From: Clostridiales bacterium
Lineage (GTDB): Bacteria > Bacillota > Clostridia > Lachnospirales > CAG-274
Direction of reading: 5' to 3'
Assembly (NCBI GenBank): GCA_018371275.1
Contig: JAHALF010000003.1
Span: 97,455-161,454 of the forward strand
DNA length: 64,000 bases
Shown here: positions 19,618-28,017 of the stretch, piece by piece
Numbering within the stretch: the stretch's first letter is position 1
Layout: each line of letters opens with the position of its first letter
The notes under the pieces: generated by a model
Told to the model about the DNA's origin: nothing
The model's database searches: none
The model's input: only the letters and a program-made list of their open reading frames with translations
Made by a program: the position numbers and the translations under genes

Positions 19618-20535
19618 ATGAAGATTAACCTTATGATTTTAAAGGGTGGTATGTCTTTAGAAAGAGAAATATCTTTAAAGTCTTTTGAAAATGTTATAAA
19701 AAATATAGATGAGCAAAGGTATAATATATTAGATATTGATGTAAAGGATATAGATACACTTATAAATCATATAAAAGAGTTTAACCCGCATATTGTTTTA
19801 AACCTTATGCATGGTGGTATAGGTGAAGATGGAACTATACAAGCCCTTTTATCTAGTATAGGGGTAAAATATGTAGGGAGCAAGGCTTTATCAAGTGGTA
19901 TATGTATGGATAAAAACCTCTCTAAAACTATATTAAAAGCAAATAATATACCAATTATAGATTATGTTTATATAAAAAAAGATGAAAATCCATATTTATA
20001 TAAAAATGAGATAGATGAGCTTATTTATCCTGTAATAGTTAAGCCCAATAAAGGTGGCTCTAGTATAGGAATAAAAGTTGCTAAAAATATAGATGAAGTT
20101 TTTAACATTATAGAAGATATAAAGACTTTAAATGATGACATTTTAATAGAAAAATTTATAAATGGTAAAGAGGCTATATGTAGCCTTATCCAAAATAAAG
20201 ATGGAATCCGTATTATGTCAATATTAGATATTAATCCAAAAAGTGATATATTTGATTATAGTGCAAAATATGATGAAGATACTAATATATATTTTTCTAA
20301 ACTACCTAAGTTTTTACAAACAATGATAGAAGAAGTTGCAAAAAAAACTTTTAATGTTTTAAACTGTGAAGGATATGCTAATATAGATTTTATTATAAAA
20401 GATGATGATATATATGTTTTAGAAGTAAATACAATACCAGGACTTACTAATAAAAGTTTACTACCTAAAGCTATAAATTTATCAAAGGATACTTTAAAAG
20501 ACTTTTTAAACGAAATTATAGATTTTGCAATATAG
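19618..20535 (+). CDS. ddl: D-alanine--D-alanine ligase
   Basis: ATP-grasp fold (VIVKPNKGGSSIGI, EVNTIPG); 305 aa. Confidence 0.85.
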   Translation: MKINLMILKGGMSLEREISLKSFENVIKNIDEQRYNILDIDVKDIDTLINHIKEFNPHIVLNLMHGGIGEDGTIQALLSSIGVKYVGSKALSSGICMDKNLSKTILKANNIPIIDYVYIKKDENPYLYKNEIDELIYPVIVKPNKGGSSIGIKVAKNIDEVFNIIEDIKTLNDDILIEKFINGKEAICSLIQNKDGIRIMSILDINPKSDIFDYSAKYDEDTNIYFSKLPKFLQTMIEEVAKKTFNVLNCEGYANIDFIIKDDDIYVLEVNTIPGLTNKSLLPKAINLSKDTLKDFLNEIIDFAI

Positions 20536-20562
20536 TATATTACAACAGAAGGCGGTGTTTTT

Positions 20563-20922
20563 ATGAAACAAAAGATAATGATGTTGTTAGGGATAAGTTT
20601 GTTTATATTATTTTTGGTTGGAACTATAATTAGTTCATCAAGAAATAGCATAAGTATAAGAACAAATGGTGGAAATGGTAGAGGCATTACTATTAATAAT
20701 AAAAATAATAGTAATGATGGTAGTCATAAAAACAATAAAAATGCTAATTTAAAAAGTACATTAAAAGGTAATGGAAGTGGACAAGGTGATGAAGGTAGTA
20801 TAGATTATTTTATGATAGCTATTATATGTTTATTATTAGCAACAGGTATGTCTATTATTTTAATAATAGTTTTAGTAATATTTTTAATTTTTAGGCATAA
20901 AAATAAGTATAAAACAATTTAA
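20563..20922 (+). CDS. Small two-TM membrane protein with an Asn/Gly-rich loop, hypothetical
   Basis: Two hydrophobic helices flank the low-complexity segment NGGNGRGITINNKNNSNDGSHKNNKN; GGCGG RBS. Confidence 0.45.
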   Translation: MKQKIMMLLGISLFILFLVGTIISSSRNSISIRTNGGNGRGITINNKNNSNDGSHKNNKNANLKSTLKGNGSGQGDEGSIDYFMIAIICLLLATGMSIILIIVLVIFLIFRHKNKYKTI

Positions 20923-20970
20923 AGATAATATATTGACATAAAAATATTTAGATGTTATTATATAAAAAAT

Positions 20971-21220
20971 GATAGAGGTGCGTTTTTTATAAGTAAGTAT
21001 GTAGATGTATTTAGGTACAAAAGAAATATACTAAAAGGAAAAAATGCCGAAGGATTAAAATACCTAAATATTTTAACCCTGGTTGTATTAGTTAAAAGCT
21101 GTATGACTGTCGTCTTTTCTGACGGAGAGCTATCTGAAAGTTAGAACAATTGTATCCTTTATTAGCCTTTTGGCTAGTTCTATAAAATTTTCAGACTGGC
21201 TTTTTAGTCAGTCTTTTATA
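20971..21220 (+). ncRNA. Lysine riboswitch (L-box) with a terminator expression platform, leader of asd-dapA-dapB
   Basis: Conserved L-box blocks GATAGAGGTGCG, AATGCCGAAGG, GCTGTATGACTG and GACGGAGAGCTATCTGAAAGTT align with the B. subtilis lysC leader as I recall it. Terminator AGACTG-N10-CAGTCT plus TTTTAT at 21193-21219. Confidence 0.8.
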
Positions 21221-21243
21221 TTATGTTTTAGGAGAGAATATTT

Positions 21244-22242
21244 ATGAAAAAAGTTGATTTGGCTGTTGTTGGTGTTACGGGTATGGTTGGAAGAACTTTC
21301 TTAAAAGTTTTAGAAGAAAAAAATTTGCCTATAAATAATTTTTATGTATTTGCTTCTAAAAGAAGCGCAGGCAGGAAAATAACTTTTAATGGTAAAGAAT
21401 ATGAAGTGGAAGAGCTTAAAGAAGATTCTTTTGATAGGGGAATAGACATAGCATTATTTTCTGCAGGTGGAGAAACAAGCCGTATATATGCTCCAATAGC
21501 AGCTAGCAAAGGCTGTATTGTAATAGATAACAGTTCACAATTTAGAATGGATAAAGAAGTGCCACTTGTTGTACCAGAGGTAAATCCAGAAGATATTGCT
21601 AAAAATAAAGGTATTATAGCAAACCCTAACTGTTCTACTATACAAGCAGTTGTTGCCTTAAAACCTTTAAATGATAAATATAAAATAAAAAGAATAGTAT
21701 ATTCTACTTATCAAGCAGTTTCTGGTGCTGGTAGAGCTGGTGTTTTAGATTTGCAAAATGGATTAAAAGGGGAAGAACCTAAAATGTTTTTACACCCAAT
21801 AGCAAATAATTGTATACCACATATTGATAATTTTTTAGATAATGGATATACAAAAGAAGAAATGAAAATGATAAATGAAACTAGAAAAATATTACATAAT
21901 GATAATTTAAAAATTACAGCTACTACTGTTCGTGTACCAGTAGAAAATTCCCATAGCGAATCTATAAATGTAGAGTTTTATGAGCAGTTTGATATTAATG
22001 AGTTAATAGAAGAATTAGAAAATATGAAAGGTGTTGTAGTTTTAAATGATTATACAAAAAATCAATATCCTTTAGCTACAATATCTAACGGGACAGACGA
22101 AGTTTACATAGGAAGAATAAGACGTGATGAAAGCCTAGATAATGGTATAAATATGTTTGTTGTGGCGGATAACATAAGAAAAGGTGCAGCTTCTAATGCT
22201 GTTCAAATAGCTGAATATATTATAAAAAATGAAATGATTTAA
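21244..22242 (+). CDS. asd: Aspartate-semialdehyde dehydrogenase
   Basis: VGVTGMVG NAD site, active-site NPNCSTIQ; 332 aa. Confidence 0.9.
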   Translation: MKKVDLAVVGVTGMVGRTFLKVLEEKNLPINNFYVFASKRSAGRKITFNGKEYEVEELKEDSFDRGIDIALFSAGGETSRIYAPIAASKGCIVIDNSSQFRMDKEVPLVVPEVNPEDIAKNKGIIANPNCSTIQAVVALKPLNDKYKIKRIVYSTYQAVSGAGRAGVLDLQNGLKGEEPKMFLHPIANNCIPHIDNFLDNGYTKEEMKMINETRKILHNDNLKITATTVRVPVENSHSESINVEFYEQFDINELIEELENMKGVVVLNDYTKNQYPLATISNGTDEVYIGRIRRDESLDNGINMFVVADNIRKGAASNAVQIAEYIIKNEMI

Positions 22243-22281
22243 AATAAATAATTTAAGAACCAATAAAAGAGGTGTATAAAA

Positions 22282-23166
22282 ATGAGTATTTTTACAGGGT
22301 CAGGTGTTGCAATAGTAACCCCTTTTAAGGAAGATAAGACAGTAGATTTTGTAGCATTTGAAAAGCTTATAAATTTTCAAATAGAAAATGACACAGATGC
22401 TATTATTGTATGTGGCACAACAGGTGAGCCTAGCACTTTAACAGAAGAAGAACGTTTTGAAGTTATTAAATTTTGTGTAGATAAGGTTGCAAAGCGTGTT
22501 CCTGTTATAGCTGGTGCAGGTTGTAATGACACAATGCAAAGTGTTAAAATGTGTAAAAGATGTGAAGAAATAGGTGTAGATGGACTTTTAATAGTTACTC
22601 CTTATTATAATAAAACAACTCAAAAAGGTATTATAAATCATTATAAAATAATAGCAGAAAGTGTAAAATTACCTATTATACTTTATAATGTTCCTTCTAG
22701 AACAGGACTTAATATTTTGCCAAAAACTGTTTTAGAATTATCAAAAGTAGATAACATTGTAGGTATAAAAGAGGCTAGCGGAAATATATCCCAAATAGTT
22801 GAAATAGCTAGTATATGCAAAGAAGACTTTTATATATATTCTGGTAATGATAACCAAATTTTACCTATACTATCTATTGGCGGCAAAGGTGTAATATCTG
22901 TTATGGCTAATATTATACCTAAAGATACTCATAATATTATACAAAAATTTCTTGATAATGATTTTGAAGAAAGTAAAAAAATACAGCTTTTATCAGTAGA
23001 GCTTGCTAGTGCTTTATTTTGTGAAGTTAGCCCTATCCCTGTGAAAACAGCTCTTGAAATTATGGGATATGGAAAAGCATATTTTAGAGAACCTCTTATA
23101 GATATGGAACCAGATAATATTATAGTTTTAAAAAATGCTATGAAAAACTATGGGTTAATAAAATAG
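22282..23166 (+). CDS. dapA: 4-hydroxy-tetrahydrodipicolinate synthase
   Basis: DapA family motifs (GTTGE, YNVPSRTG, GIKEASG); 294 aa. Confidence 0.9.
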   Translation: MSIFTGSGVAIVTPFKEDKTVDFVAFEKLINFQIENDTDAIIVCGTTGEPSTLTEEERFEVIKFCVDKVAKRVPVIAGAGCNDTMQSVKMCKRCEEIGVDGLLIVTPYYNKTTQKGIINHYKIIAESVKLPIILYNVPSRTGLNILPKTVLELSKVDNIVGIKEASGNISQIVEIASICKEDFYIYSGNDNQILPILSIGGKGVISVMANIIPKDTHNIIQKFLDNDFEESKKIQLLSVELASALFCEVSPIPVKTALEIMGYGKAYFREPLIDMEPDNIIVLKNAMKNYGLIK

Positions 23167-23252
23167 CATAATTTATATATTTTAAATGTTTATTAGCCTA
23201 TTCTAATTTTTAGGATAGGCTACATTAAAAATAACAATGAAAAGGTGATAAT

Positions 23253-24011
23253 ATGATAAAAATAATAATGCACGGTTGTAATGGAAAAATGGGACAAGCT
23301 ATATGTAAAATAGTAGAAGAAGATAAAAATAGCGAAATTGTGGCAGGTGTAGATATAAACCCTAATAATGCACCTTTCCCTACTTTTACAGATATAAATG
23401 ATTGTAATATAGAGGCAGATGTTATAATAGATTTTTCTACGGCAACAGCTGTTGATAGACTTATAGATTATTGTTTAAATAAAAAAATGCCAGTTGTTAT
23501 ATGTACCACTGGTATTAATGATGAAACTATTAAAAAAATAGAAGATGCATCTAAACATATACCAGTTTTTAAATCTGCCAATATGAGCCTTGGTATTAAC
23601 CTTATAGCTAGTTTATTAAAAAAAGCATCTGCTATATTAGATGAAAATGGCTTTGATATAGAAATAATAGAAAAGCATCATAATCAAAAAATAGATGCTC
23701 CTAGTGGTACAGCATTATTACTTGCTGATGCTATAAACGAGTCTATGGATAATAAATTTGATTATGTGTATGATAGAAGTCAAGTAAGAGAGAAAAGAAG
23801 TAATAAAGAAATAGGCATATCTGCTATTAGAGGTGGAAATATTGTTGGTGAGCATTCTGTTATATATGCTGGAAAAGACGAAATAATAGAATTTACTCAT
23901 TTTGCACATTCTAAAGAGGTATTTGCAATAGGTGCAGTAAAAGCTAGTAAGTTTTTAGCTAATAAACCTGCTGGTAAATATGATATGCAAGATATAATGG
24001 ATAGTTTATAA
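23253..24011 (+). CDS. dapB: 4-hydroxy-tetrahydrodipicolinate reductase
   Basis: DapB N- and C-domains (EIIEKHHNQKIDAPSGTA); 252 aa. Confidence 0.9.
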   Translation: MIKIIMHGCNGKMGQAICKIVEEDKNSEIVAGVDINPNNAPFPTFTDINDCNIEADVIIDFSTATAVDRLIDYCLNKKMPVVICTTGINDETIKKIEDASKHIPVFKSANMSLGINLIASLLKKASAILDENGFDIEIIEKHHNQKIDAPSGTALLLADAINESMDNKFDYVYDRSQVREKRSNKEIGISAIRGGNIVGEHSVIYAGKDEIIEFTHFAHSKEVFAIGAVKASKFLANKPAGKYDMQDIMDSL

Positions 24012-24016
24012 TTTTT

Positions 24017-24045
24017 GACAGCTAGAAATAGCTGTCTTTTTTATT
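24017..24045 (+). terminator. Rho-independent terminator after dapB
   Basis: gacagcta gaaa tagctgtc followed by T6. Confidence 0.7.
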
Positions 24046-24094
24046 ATTAAAATTAAGGTATGGATTTTTATTTATATAATTTAAAAAATAGATA

Positions 24095-24123
24095 TTGACA
24101 AAATTTTGAAAATCGTATATAGT
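24095..24123 (+). promoter_or_regulatory. Sigma-A promoter TTGACA-17-TATAGT for the GntR/ABC operon
   Basis: Consensus -35, 17-nt spacer, TATAGT -10, about 35 nt before the GntR start. Confidence 0.55.
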
Positions 24124-24157
24124 GTACATATAAAATATATACAGTGGGAGGTTATAT

Positions 24158-24532
24158 GTGGAAATAATTATATCAAATAGCTCGGGTAAGCCAATTTATG
24201 AACAAATAGCTTATAAAATAAGAATGGAAATTTTAAATGGAACTTTGAAAGAGGGGGATAATTTACCTTCTATAAGGGCATTAGCAAAAGATTTAAAAGT
24301 AAGCGTTATTACAACAAAGAGGGCATATGAAGATTTGCAAAAAGAAGGATTTATATCTACTGTTTCTGGAAAAGGCACTTTTGTTTCTTGTACTAATAAA
24401 GAAAGATTAAAAGAGCAAAATTTTAAAATTGTAGAGAAAAGTCTTACAGAGTGTATATTTATTGCTAAAGCATCTGGTATTACATTAGATGAATTTAGAG
24501 AAATTGTTAATATTATTTTTGAGGAGGAGTAG
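24158..24532 (+). CDS. GntR family transcriptional regulator (YtrA-like short subfamily)
   Basis: Winged-HTH LPSIRALAKDLKVSVITTKRAYEDL; 124 aa. Confidence 0.8.
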   Translation: MEIIISNSSGKPIYEQIAYKIRMEILNGTLKEGDNLPSIRALAKDLKVSVITTKRAYEDLQKEGFISTVSGKGTFVSCTNKERLKEQNFKIVEKSLTECIFIAKASGITLDEFREIVNIIFEEE

Positions 24533-24533
24533 T

Positions 24534-25388
24534 ATGGAAAATATATTAGAAGTTAGAAATTTAACTAAAAAATATAAAGATGTAGGTATAGAAAATATTA
24601 CTTTTAATGTGCCAAAGGGGAGCATTGTTGGGTTTATAGGTAGAAATGGTGCTGGTAAAACAACTACAATAAAAACAATATTAGATATATCAAAAAAAGA
24701 TAGTGGAGAAGTTGTTATATTAGGGGATAGTGAGCTTACAATAGAAACGAAAAATAATATAGGGGTAGTTTTTGACGGGGATACTTTTCCAGAAATATTA
24801 AACATAATAAAGCTTAATAAAATACTTAAAAATATTTATAAAAACTGGAATGAAGAAGTATTTTTTAAATATGTTGAAAAGCTTGATTTACCTACTAATA
24901 AAAAACTTAAACAATTTTCTAAAGGTATGAAAACAAAGTTATCTATAATAGTAAGTTTAAGCTATAATGCCAAGCTTTTAATTTTAGATGAACCTACAAG
25001 TGGTTTAGACCCTGTTGTTAGAGATGAAATTTTAGACATATTTTTAGATTTTATGCAAGATGAGAATAAAGGTATTTTAGTATCTTCACATATTACAAGT
25101 GATTTAGAAAAAGTAGCAGATTATATAGTTTTTATAGATAAAGGTAAGGTTATATTTTTTGAAAGTAAAGATAAAATAATTTATGAATATGGCATATTAA
25201 AATGTAGTGAGGACGATTTGGACAAAATTGATAAAGGTTGTATTTTAAAGAAAATAAAGAAAGGTTATGGTTATGATGCTATTGTAAATAATAAAGAAGA
25301 AATAAAACAACAATATCCTAATTTAGTTATTGACAATTGTACAATAGATGAGTTAATGGTTATATATACAAAGGGGGATAATTTATGA
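24534..25388 (+). CDS. ABC transporter ATP-binding protein
   Basis: Walker A GRNGAGKTT, signature FSKGMKTKL, Walker B LILDEPTSGLD. Start ATG 24534 after GGAGGAG. Confidence 0.85.
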   Translation: MENILEVRNLTKKYKDVGIENITFNVPKGSIVGFIGRNGAGKTTTIKTILDISKKDSGEVVILGDSELTIETKNNIGVVFDGDTFPEILNIIKLNKILKNIYKNWNEEVFFKYVEKLDLPTNKKLKQFSKGMKTKLSIIVSLSYNAKLLILDEPTSGLDPVVRDEILDIFLDFMQDENKGILVSSHITSDLEKVADYIVFIDKGKVIFFESKDKIIYEYGILKCSEDDLDKIDKGCILKKIKKGYGYDAIVNNKEEIKQQYPNLVIDNCTIDELMVIYTKGDNL

Positions 25389-26011
25389 AAGCTTTAATAA
25401 TAGAATTTTTTTATGAAAAGATATCTATTTTATTTGCAATATTTATAATTTTATTTCTTTATTTTATATATATACCTATTTTCCAAGACCCAGAAATAAT
25501 AATATCTTCTTTAGCGTCTTATGTATTTGCTAGTTTATATGGAGGCATAGTGTATAAAAGAAAAAATACAAATTTTGAGATATTTTTATCTAGCTCACCT
25601 TTAGGAAGAAAAACAATTATAAACACAGGGTATATAATAGGTCTAGTATCAAGTATATTTATAACAGTTACTTTTTTAATATTTTATTTTATTAGAAAAT
25701 CATTAATGGATTTAGAACCTTTAAATTTTTTTAGTTTAATGCCAATTTTATGTAGTTTTAGTACTGGGATAATTACAAATGCTATTTTATTTCCAACTTA
25801 TGTATTACCAGATAAAGAAAATAAATTTTTATTAAATTTAGTAGCATTTTTAACTCTTTTTATATGTGGAAGTTTTTTATATTCTTTTATAATTAAGTTA
25901 GATTTTCTTAATATGGTTATAAGGACATTAATATATTTAGGTATTTCTATTTGTATTTATATAGTATCTTATTTAATAACTACTAATAAATATTTGAAAA
26001 AAGAGTTTTAG
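25385..26011 (+). CDS. ABC-2-type membrane permease component, hypothetical
   Basis: About 6 TM helices; translationally coupled (ATGA overlap) to the ATPase. Confidence 0.55.
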   Translation: MKALIIEFFYEKISILFAIFIILFLYFIYIPIFQDPEIIISSLASYVFASLYGGIVYKRKNTNFEIFLSSSPLGRKTIINTGYIIGLVSSIFITVTFLIFYFIRKSLMDLEPLNFFSLMPILCSFSTGIITNAILFPTYVLPDKENKFLLNLVAFLTLFICGSFLYSFIIKLDFLNMVIRTLIYLGISICIYIVSYLITTNKYLKKEF

Positions 26012-26025
26012 GAGAGTGGAAAAAT

Positions 26026-26703
26026 ATGAAAGGTATGTTTTTAAAAGAATTTTATCAATTTAAAGATAATATTCCAGTTTTTATTCTTACAATAGTTTTT
26101 TTTGCAGTAGTATACAGTTTTTTTAATGTTCCATTTCTTGAGCTAGTTATAGTATTTATTATGTTTATTACAGCATCAACTACTTTTTTTAAACAAGAAA
26201 TGCTAAATAACGAAAATAATTTTAATAGGTATTTAAAAACATTACCTATAAATTTTAATAAAATAATAATGGCTAAATATTTATTTATGTTGTTTATAGC
26301 AGTATTGCTTTTATTTATCTCTATTGTATGTTCACTTTTTATTAAAGAAGAAATGGAAATATTATATCAAATAAAGTATTATTTAGGTTATATATTTTTG
26401 TTTAATTTTTGTTTTATATATTTTCCTATTTCCTATTTAATTTTTTTATTTTTAAAAAGCAATTTAATAGCTAGTTTAATTTCAAATTTGGTTGGAATTT
26501 GTATTTCAATGGCAATAAATTCTTTATTAATAGCATTAATGATATCTTTAATTAGTAATATTTTTAAAGTTGATATTAATAGTAGCTTATTTCCTAAAAA
26601 TATATTTTTAATTGCTGGATTAATAAGTACTTTTATATTAGCTATAATAGTTTATATAATTTATAAAATAACTTGTTTAAAATATAGAAAAATTTCAGAA
26701 TAA
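26026..26703 (+). CDS. ABC-2-type membrane permease component, hypothetical
   Basis: Polytopic membrane protein; same operon. Confidence 0.55.
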   Translation: MKGMFLKEFYQFKDNIPVFILTIVFFAVVYSFFNVPFLELVIVFIMFITASTTFFKQEMLNNENNFNRYLKTLPINFNKIIMAKYLFMLFIAVLLLFISIVCSLFIKEEMEILYQIKYYLGYIFLFNFCFIYFPISYLIFLFLKSNLIASLISNLVGICISMAINSLLIALMISLISNIFKVDINSSLFPKNIFLIAGLISTFILAIIVYIIYKITCLKYRKISE

Positions 26704-26710
26704 ATAGAAA

Positions 26711-26738
26711 AGATGTGATTTTAAATCACATCTTTTTT
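26711..26738. terminator. Bidirectional terminator between the ABC operon and the SLH gene
   Basis: Perfect 10-bp stem agatgtgatt/aatcacatct with A-run and T-run flanks. Confidence 0.7.
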
Positions 26739-26746
26739 AATTTTAG

Positions 26747-27943
26747 TTACTGAATAGTTAACATAGTATAAATCATTTGTGCAGATTCACCTCTAGTTGC
26801 GTTTGCTTTAGGAGCAAAGCTACCATCTGGTCTACCATTTATTATACCAGCTTGTTGAACTTTAGCAACAGAAGAACTGGCATAGCTAGAAATATTATTA
26901 GTATCTGTAAAGTTTATTTGTGCTTTATTATTATTTAAGTTAAAGTTTTTGTAATTGCAAAATCTTTCTATCATAACAGCCATTTGCTCTCTAGTAATAT
27001 TGTTGTTAGGGGCAAACGTGCTAGCAGTTATACCACTTGTTATACCATTTTTAGCTGCCCAATCTATATAAGGATTAAACCAAGCATTGTCAGGTACATC
27101 TGTAAAGTTTTCTGCCTTATATTTATTTATATCTATATTGTCCATTTTTGCAAGGAGGGTTATAAATTCTGCCCTAGTAATATTATTATTAGGAGCAAAT
27201 TGGTTATCATTCATACCATTTATAATACCTCTATCTGCAAGATATTTTATAGGTTCATTAGCCCAATGATTAGTTGTATCTTTAAAATTAGATTGTTTAA
27301 TAATAGGATACATAGTATTTATATCTATTTTATTATTGTCATTTTTATTATTATCTTTTATGTTGTTACTATCTTCTTTTTTATTTGTATCTTGTGTAGT
27401 AGATTCTGTTTTCTTATCAGAAGAATTACCTACATTTGCGCCACCACCACTAGAAGAACTAGAAGAGCTATTAGAACTAGTAGTAGTTTCTGTTTGATTA
27501 TCTGTATCATTTTTAATATTTATATTAGCTGTAATATTTTCAGATTGTCCATTTAAACCTTCATCTAAATTTACAAGCTCTAATGTAGCATTTTTAGATA
27601 AGTTAGGTTTATTTTTAAATGTTAATGTACCAACATCTAATGTGCCATTTTCTGTAAGGCTACTGCTATTATCTAAAACGATTGATATAGTAGTTTTTCC
27701 ATTTTCATTATTTTCTTTAACTATACTATAATTAAATTTTTTTGATGGATTAAAACTTATGTTAGTATTGCCACTTTCATCAATTATGTCTAACTGTAAT
27801 GCGTGTATATTTTTATTTATACCTGTTAATTTTATAGTTGCAGTATTATTGTTTATATCTATTGATAATGTTGTATCCGATGCAAAAACATTTGTTACAA
27901 AAAATAAAGTTATTAAAATGCTAGATAACAATTTTTTTATCAC
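26747..27943 (-). CDS. Cell-wall anchoring protein: N-terminal cohesin-like module, Ser/Asn-rich linker, three C-terminal SLH repeats
   Basis: Signal peptide; about 130-aa beta-rich module (TLSIDINNNTATIKLTGINKNIHALQLDI...GTLDVGTLTFKNK); low-complexity linker. Three SLH repeats (FAPNNNITRAEFITLLAKM; FAPNNNITREQMAVMIERF; FAPKANATRGESAQMIYTML). GTG start with AAGGAG RBS. Confidence 0.7.
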   Translation of the reverse strand: MIKKLLSSILITLFFVTNVFASDTTLSIDINNNTATIKLTGINKNIHALQLDIIDESGNTNISFNPSKKFNYSIVKENNENGKTTISIVLDNSSSLTENGTLDVGTLTFKNKPNLSKNATLELVNLDEGLNGQSENITANINIKNDTDNQTETTTSSNSSSSSSSGGGANVGNSSDKKTESTTQDTNKKEDSNNIKDNNKNDNNKIDINTMYPIIKQSNFKDTTNHWANEPIKYLADRGIINGMNDNQFAPNNNITRAEFITLLAKMDNIDINKYKAENFTDVPDNAWFNPYIDWAAKNGITSGITASTFAPNNNITREQMAVMIERFCNYKNFNLNNNKAQINFTDTNNISSYASSSVAKVQQAGIINGRPDGSFAPKANATRGESAQMIYTMLTIQ

Positions 27944-28017
27944 AATAAAAACTCCTTTTTTAGTATTTATCTATCACCTTAAAAGGTGATAGATATTATT
28001 GTATATTTTAATGAAAA

